NCBI GenBank assembly: GCA_963751455.1
Contig: CAVVUN010000003.1
Span: 32,001-96,000, forward strand
Reading direction: 5' to 3'
From: Nitrospirota bacterium
Lineage (GTDB): Bacteria > Nitrospirota > UBA9217
Length of the DNA stretch: 64,000 nucleotides
The translations under genes and the position numbers were made by a program. The notes below the pieces were generated by a model. The model was not told the DNA's origin and ran no database searches. It worked only from the letters and a program-made list of their open reading frames with translations. Below are positions 59,077 through 64,000 of this stretch, one piece after another (the first letter of the stretch is position 1; the number at the start of each line of letters is the position of its first letter).

Positions 59077-59457
59077 TTATGCCTTGCTTGCTAGTATCTC
59101 ATTTACGATGGAAAGGAGGTCCGCAGTCTGGATGGGCTTGGGAACATACGCGTTGGCGCCGAGGGCCAAGCCGCGCTTCCGGTCTTCTTCGGCGCCTTCC
59201 GTGGTAATGATGATAATCGGAATGGTTTTATGCACCGGGTCATTGCGCACCATCGAGACCAGCTTGAGGCCGTCCATGATCGGCATATTGATGTCGGTGA
59301 GGATGATATCGAACTTCTGGGTGGAAAGTTTTTTCAGCGCGTCGATGCCGTCGTTCGCTTCGACGATCTTGCTCCCCGGTATCCGCTTCAAGGCGAAGGA
59401 AATCAGCTGTCGCATCGTCGGCGAGTCTTCAACCACCAGAAAACTGTAATCGGGCAT
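59077..59457 (-). CDS. cheY: CheY-like single-domain response regulator
   Basis: VVEDSPTMR, TDINMP, ITTEG, YVPKP. Confidence 0.8.
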   Translation of the reverse strand: MPDYSFLVVEDSPTMRQLISFALKRIPGSKIVEANDGIDALKKLSTQKFDIILTDINMPIMDGLKLVSMVRNDPVHKTIPIIIITTEGAEEDRKRGLALGANAYVPKPIQTADLLSIVNEILASKA

Positions 59458-59469
59458 TTCAATCCTCCG

Positions 59470-60294
59470 TTATTTTTCTTTGAGCAGATCGAGAAAGCTC
59501 TGGATCGTCGTGAGTTTCCGTTCTGACTGGGAATAGAGCTTTGATGAGAAGAGGGCCGTTGCAGCATGCCCCGCAAGCATCGAAAACAGCTCATAATCCA
59601 CATTCGAGAATGCTTCTTTCTGAACCAGCAGCTTGTAGATCACGATAACGCCGATCACATGCTCTTTGATTTTGAGAGGGATGCAAACCAGGGGGCGAAG
59701 GTAATCGATGCCCGCCAGATCTTTCGGGTCCCCGTCGCGGTAAAATGATTCCCCGGACCGCGCGGCTTTGCCGATGGTGCCGTCTCCCAGTTTTATACTG
59801 GTCCGCGCTTCCGGCCCCATGCCTTCCTGGGCCACAATCGTCAGCTCGTTCGTTTTCTCGTCAAGCATCATGATCGAGAATTCTTCGGCCCCGATAAGAT
59901 TCATCACGATCTCGAGTATGATTTTGAGGGATTCATTGAAGTCGAGCGTAGAGTGCAGTTGATAGCTGGCGACGTACAGGTTTGCCAGGTTGTTGTTCTC
60001 AGCCTCTACCTCGACGTAGCGATTGGCGAAGTCCTTGTTCTCCTCCTCGACCTGGCGGAACCGATCGATAAGGTTTCTGTTCTCGTCCTCGAGGAACTGG
60101 ATCCTCTCTTCCATAGAGTGGACCTTGAAGTCTCCCTCCCGGCCTGAAAACTTTGTATGCTCCTCCAGCTGGGCGACGCGGTACCGGAGCTTCTCATTCT
60201 CCTTCAGGAGTTCCTGGGTGAATTCCTCGCCTTTTTTGAAGACCTGGAGAAAATCCTCGACTTTTTTGGAAATAGATGCTGCGTCCTTATCCAT
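59470..60294 (-). CDS. Coiled-coil + GAF domain protein
   Basis: Heptad-rich N-terminus; GTIGKAA, VCIPLKI, IGVIVI GAF pattern. Confidence 0.8.
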   Translation of the reverse strand: MDKDAASISKKVEDFLQVFKKGEEFTQELLKENEKLRYRVAQLEEHTKFSGREGDFKVHSMEERIQFLEDENRNLIDRFRQVEEENKDFANRYVEVEAENNNLANLYVASYQLHSTLDFNESLKIILEIVMNLIGAEEFSIMMLDEKTNELTIVAQEGMGPEARTSIKLGDGTIGKAARSGESFYRDGDPKDLAGIDYLRPLVCIPLKIKEHVIGVIVIYKLLVQKEAFSNVDYELFSMLAGHAATALFSSKLYSQSERKLTTIQSFLDLLKEK

Positions 60295-60400
60295 CCTGTC
60301 CTCCTCGATGAAGCATCAAAATCGGCGCTCCTGACCGCTGTCTGACCGGCGTGCGATACCAAAACAGTATTACCAATTATAGTCAACTAAAACGAAATTA

Positions 60401-61528
60401 TCAAGGCCGAATTGGGCCTGTCGAGCGGCAGCGGACCGCTATCTCTTCGGCCATGTTGCCGAGCGGCAGCACCTTGTCCACGGCGCCGGTGCGTATGGCT
60501 TCCTGCGGCATCCCGAATATGACAGCGCTCGCTTCACTCTCCGCCAAACACTGTCCCTTCCTTTTTTTTATCGCCCGCACGCCCTCTGCCCCGTCCTTAC
60601 CCATGCCGGTGAGGACCACACCGAGAGTCGCTGCACCGCAGGCCTCGGCCACGGATGTCATCATCATGTCGGCCGAAGGCGCGTACTTGTCCTCCGGACT
60701 GCGGGGGACCAGCTCGGCGACCAGCGAGCGGCCTTCCCTTTTTACGAGCAGGTGGTACCCTCCGGGAGCGATCAGCGCCGAACCCGGTGATATACGGTCT
60801 CCGGCTGCGGCCTCGCTCACCACGAGCGGCGATAGCTTATTCAAGCGCTCCGCAAAACTCTTGGTGAATCCAGGCGGCATATGCTGTGAGACGACGATTG
60901 CGGCGCCGAGATTCGAGGGAAGCGAGGAGAGGATTGCCTGAAGAGCGGGCGGTCCGCCGGTCGAGCAGGCAATGGCAACAATCTCCAGCGGGCTCATTTC
61001 TACCAGGACATCGTCTTCCTTGCGCGGCGGCAAAGCGGTTTTTTCGACTGCCAGCAGCTCTACGGTTGACTTGACCTTCGCCATTTCAAGGTTGAGCACA
61101 GCATGGACCTTCGCTACGAGCTCGTCCCGCACATTCTGAAGGCTCTTGGAGATGCGGGTCTCGGGTTTTGCCAGAAAATCGACTGCGCCCAGTTCAAGCG
61201 CCCGGAAGACGCTGCGGCTGTCGGACCGCGACGACAGTACGAGCACGGGTGTCGGGCGCTCCTTCATGAGCCATCTCAGGAACGTGAAACCGTCCATGTT
61301 CGGCATCTCGAGGTCCAGCGTAATAACGTCGGGCGCGTAGCGCAGGGTCTTGGCGATTGCGTCGACGCCGTCGTGCGCGCTCGCGATCACCTGGATTCCC
61401 GGATCACTGTGGAGCATCTGCGAGATGGCCACCCGATTATAGGCCGAATCGTCGACAACCAGGGCTTTGATCTTATTCAATGGAAATATTCCCTCCGGCA
61501 GCATTCGGTCTGAGAGAAGCTTTGTCAT
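60401..61528 (-). CDS. cheB: Chemotaxis methylesterase CheB
   Basis: Receiver (TLDLEMP) plus STGGP, QHMP, TGMGKDG triad. Confidence 0.95.
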   Translation of the reverse strand: MTKLLSDRMLPEGIFPLNKIKALVVDDSAYNRVAISQMLHSDPGIQVIASAHDGVDAIAKTLRYAPDVITLDLEMPNMDGFTFLRWLMKERPTPVLVLSSRSDSRSVFRALELGAVDFLAKPETRISKSLQNVRDELVAKVHAVLNLEMAKVKSTVELLAVEKTALPPRKEDDVLVEMSPLEIVAIACSTGGPPALQAILSSLPSNLGAAIVVSQHMPPGFTKSFAERLNKLSPLVVSEAAAGDRISPGSALIAPGGYHLLVKREGRSLVAELVPRSPEDKYAPSADMMMTSVAEACGAATLGVVLTGMGKDGAEGVRAIKKRKGQCLAESEASAVIFGMPQEAIRTGAVDKVLPLGNMAEEIAVRCRSTGPIRP

Positions 61529-62406
61529 TTGGCATGTGCAATTTCCACCTTCTCCCGTAAAGGCCGCTGGTATACCATGTCATGCTTGAGCGTTCGCAGG
61601 AGAAACGCGTTCGAGATATTGATCAGTGATTCGGAATGGCCAAGCAGGAGATACCCTCCCTCCCGGAGCTTGTCATAGAAGCTCGCGATCACCTTTTTCT
61701 TCGCCTCTTTATCGAAATAGATAATGACGTTTCTGCAAAAAATGACGTCCATATTGTTGATCAGGCTGGTCTTATAGGGATCGAGAAGGTTTACGGAGCT
61801 GAAGGACACAAGCTCCCGCACCTTGTCTATGATCCGGTAATTGCCCTTCTCCTCCTCTACAAAATATTTGGCGAGCATATCGGGAGAGGTCGCCCGGTGC
61901 GCGCCCTTTTTATACACGCCTTTTCGGGCGGTGTGCAGCACGCGCTGATTGATATCGCTGCCGAGGATCTCCACCTGCCAGTCACGCCACCAGTTACCGG
62001 ATTCGAGAAGCAGGATCGCTATCGTATAGGGTTCCTCTCCCGTGGAGCAGCCCGCACTCCAGATTCGGAGCGTTTTGCGTTCGGCCAGGCCCCGGCTGAG
62101 TTCAGGCAGTATCTCCCGCGAAAACGCGTTCAACTGCGGAGTTTCCCGAAAAAAATATGTTTCGTTGGTGGTCAGATTATCAATGAGGACGATAAGTTCC
62201 TCTTCCCGCTTTCGGTCATAACGCAGAAAGCGGTAGTACTCCTCGAAGCTCTTAAGCTGGTGCTGCTCGAGTCTGCGCGAAAGCCGGCGCTCCAGAAGAA
62301 ACTTGGTGCCGTCATCGAAATAAATACCGCAGTAGCCGTGGATGAAATCCCTGAGCAGCCTGAAGACGTCATCCGGGAGCGGAGTAATCTTTTCTTCAAA
62401 CATCAT
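61525..62406 (-). CDS. cheR: Chemotaxis methyltransferase CheR
   Basis: TTNETYFFRE, WSAGCSTGEEPY, IFCRNVIIYF, GHSES. Confidence 0.95.
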   Translation of the reverse strand: MMFEEKITPLPDDVFRLLRDFIHGYCGIYFDDGTKFLLERRLSRRLEQHQLKSFEEYYRFLRYDRKREEELIVLIDNLTTNETYFFRETPQLNAFSREILPELSRGLAERKTLRIWSAGCSTGEEPYTIAILLLESGNWWRDWQVEILGSDINQRVLHTARKGVYKKGAHRATSPDMLAKYFVEEEKGNYRIIDKVRELVSFSSVNLLDPYKTSLINNMDVIFCRNVIIYFDKEAKKKVIASFYDKLREGGYLLLGHSESLINISNAFLLRTLKHDMVYQRPLREKVEIAHAK

Positions 62407-64000
62407 TTTCCCAGCGCTTCCTTTGCTGCCTGTCGAACCGCACCGTCGGGATCATTATCGGCAATCCGCTCAAACAGGGATTCAGCTTTTGCGTCCCGTT
62501 TCCGCCTGGCGATCTCGATCGCAGCCTTTCTGACGCTCCAGTGCGAATCGGAGAGGCGTGCAATGACCGAGTCGCGGACTTTTTCCCAGCTATAGCTTGC
62601 AACCGCCGTCAGCACGGTCTTGCGAACTTCGGAATCTGCATGTTCGGAAAGCTTCAGAAGCGGCTCCAGCGCCTGCTCCGGCTTAAGCAGACCGATGACC
62701 TCGATGACGGCCAGAAGAAAAATGTCCGACGCCGTATCGAGGTGCTGAGCAAGCACTGCTCCTGCCCGTTCCGCGTTTAGCCGTCCGAGACCGCGCGCAG
62801 CCGCGGCCCTGACCCAGAGGTCCCTGTCTTGAAGCAGCGATATGAGCGCGTCCGCCGCCCCGCCGGTCCCGGCTTTTCCGAGCGCTTCAGCTGCGAGCAT
62901 ACGCACCTCCGGATCGTCGTCGGTTACTGCAAGCATGAGCGGACGATGCGCTTTCTCGGGCGGAAAATTGCCGAGCGCGTGAACGACCGCCTTCCGCACG
63001 TCGGATTCTTCATCCTTCAGAGCGAAGGCTAAGGCGTCGCCTGCCTTCCCGCTGGAAAAACTGCCGAGCAGTAGCGCTATGTTTTTCCGCATCGGCACGT
63101 CCCTGGACGTGAAGTCTTTCAGGAGTGGGTCGAGCACCGATTCATCCCCTATCGCGGCGAGGGCGCGGATGGCCGCCTCCTGAACGTTTTCATATTCATC
63201 GGTAAGCAGCTCAAGGAGCGAAGGTATGGCCTTTGTGCTCTTTTGACGGCCGAGGGCCTCTGCAGCCGTGCTCCTCACATGTCCGTTCTCATCTTGAAGC
63301 AGTTGCATCAGCGGTCCCTCTGCGTCCGCTCCCTGTGTGGCGCCGAGCACCCGCGCCACGGCACGCCTCAGCAACGCATTGTCATCTTTAAGATAGTCGA
63401 GAAGGACCGGCAGCATTTCCCTGCTGAGCGTGTTCAGGGCCAGGACTACCGGCTCTTCCATGTCTTCTTCTTTCAGGAGTGAAAGCAGTTTCCGAATAGA
63501 GCTTTCTTCACCGGTCCAGCCGAGCAGCATGATACATGCCTTTTGAAGCCCAATCCCGCTCGTCGTCAACATTTCTTCAACAAAATTAATGGTTTCCGGA
63601 CCGGCTTCGCCGCGCACTTTTTGTACCAACTCCGCCCGTTCCAGGGGCGTACTTTTCCGGTAAATCGCGGTGATCGCTATCGTCGAAACTTCGCGTACGA
63701 TCCTGAGCGGGTCTGAAAGGCCGCTGATGAGCGGACCCACGGTTTTGACATTTCCGATTTTGCCGAGAGACTCGAGGACCGGCTCCCGAAGGCTGCTTCG
63801 GCCAAGGGCCGCGATAAGCGCTTCAAGGGCGCGTTCGTCCCCGATTTCACCCAGCGCCTCGGCGGCCGCGTAATCAAGCCAGCCACGGTCGGACCGGCCA
63901 AGACACGTGAGCAGTGCGTCGACTGCGCGGCGATCCTTGATTTTGCCCAGTGCCTCGGCCGCTGCGACCCGGATGTTTTCGTCCGGATCATCGAGCCTGT
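62403..64000 (-). CDS. HEAT/PBS-lyase repeat protein (5' end outside the window)
   Basis: Repeated VR..AAEALG units; frame open to the window edge. Confidence 0.9.
   Translation of the reverse strand, partial: RLDDPDENIRVAAAEALGKIKDRRAVDALLTCLGRSDRGWLDYAAAEALGEIGDERALEALIAALGRSSLREPVLESLGKIGNVKTVGPLISGLSDPLRIVREVSTIAITAIYRKSTPLERAELVQKVRGEAGPETINFVEEMLTTSGIGLQKACIMLLGWTGEESSIRKLLSLLKEEDMEEPVVLALNTLSREMLPVLLDYLKDDNALLRRAVARVLGATQGADAEGPLMQLLQDENGHVRSTAAEALGRQKSTKAIPSLLELLTDEYENVQEAAIRALAAIGDESVLDPLLKDFTSRDVPMRKNIALLLGSFSSGKAGDALAFALKDEESDVRKAVVHALGNFPPEKAHRPLMLAVTDDDPEVRMLAAEALGKAGTGGAADALISLLQDRDLWVRAAAARGLGRLNAERAGAVLAQHLDTASDIFLLAVIEVIGLLKPEQALEPLLKLSEHADSEVRKTVLTAVASYSWEKVRDSVIARLSDSHWSVRKAAIEIARRKRDAKAESLFERIADNDPDGAVRQAAKEALGK

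Noticed and set aside
63677-63991. Separate 104-aa ORF
   Set aside because: Wrong frame; the HEAT-repeat frame is open to the window edge
1-64000. CRISPR array, tRNA or rRNA genes
   Set aside because: No regularly spaced repeat-spacer units or recognisable structural RNA genes seen by eye; short repeats are REP/MITE-like

Overview
Bacterial chromosomal window. The gene repertoire suggests Nitrospirota or a Desulfobacterota-like lineage; this is inference only. Core genes sit at both ends: rlmN and pstSCAB-phoU (0.2-6 kb), then phoB-phoR and a HEAT/CheR/CheB/GAF/CheY chemosensory cluster (56-64 kb). About 50 kb of accessory DNA separates phoBR from pstSCAB-phoU. From 6 to 18 kb, five promoters share an 11-bp-periodic Pho-box-like repeat exactly 10 bp from a -10 hexamer. 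Besides pstS, they head a second signalling cluster (CBS-domain kinase), a probable phosphorus-free lipid remodelling operon (PHP hydrolase, ceramide-glucosyltransferase-like GT, OlsF-like acyltransferase, flippase-like protein), a porin and a GH1 glycosidase. The 18-53 kb stretch is a mosaic island: IS630, IS3 and IS110 elements or remnants, toxin-antitoxin modules, VOC/DHFR/SRPBCC and oxidoreductase genes, sensor kinases, and scrambled fragments of genes found intact elsewhere in the window. It also holds an AT-rich, translationally coupled HEPN + KGGVGR ParA-like + P-loop ATPase operon, the best candidate for an uncharacterised defence system. Several small non-autonomous mobile repeats are visible. 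All calls come from motif reading by eye; no searches were run.
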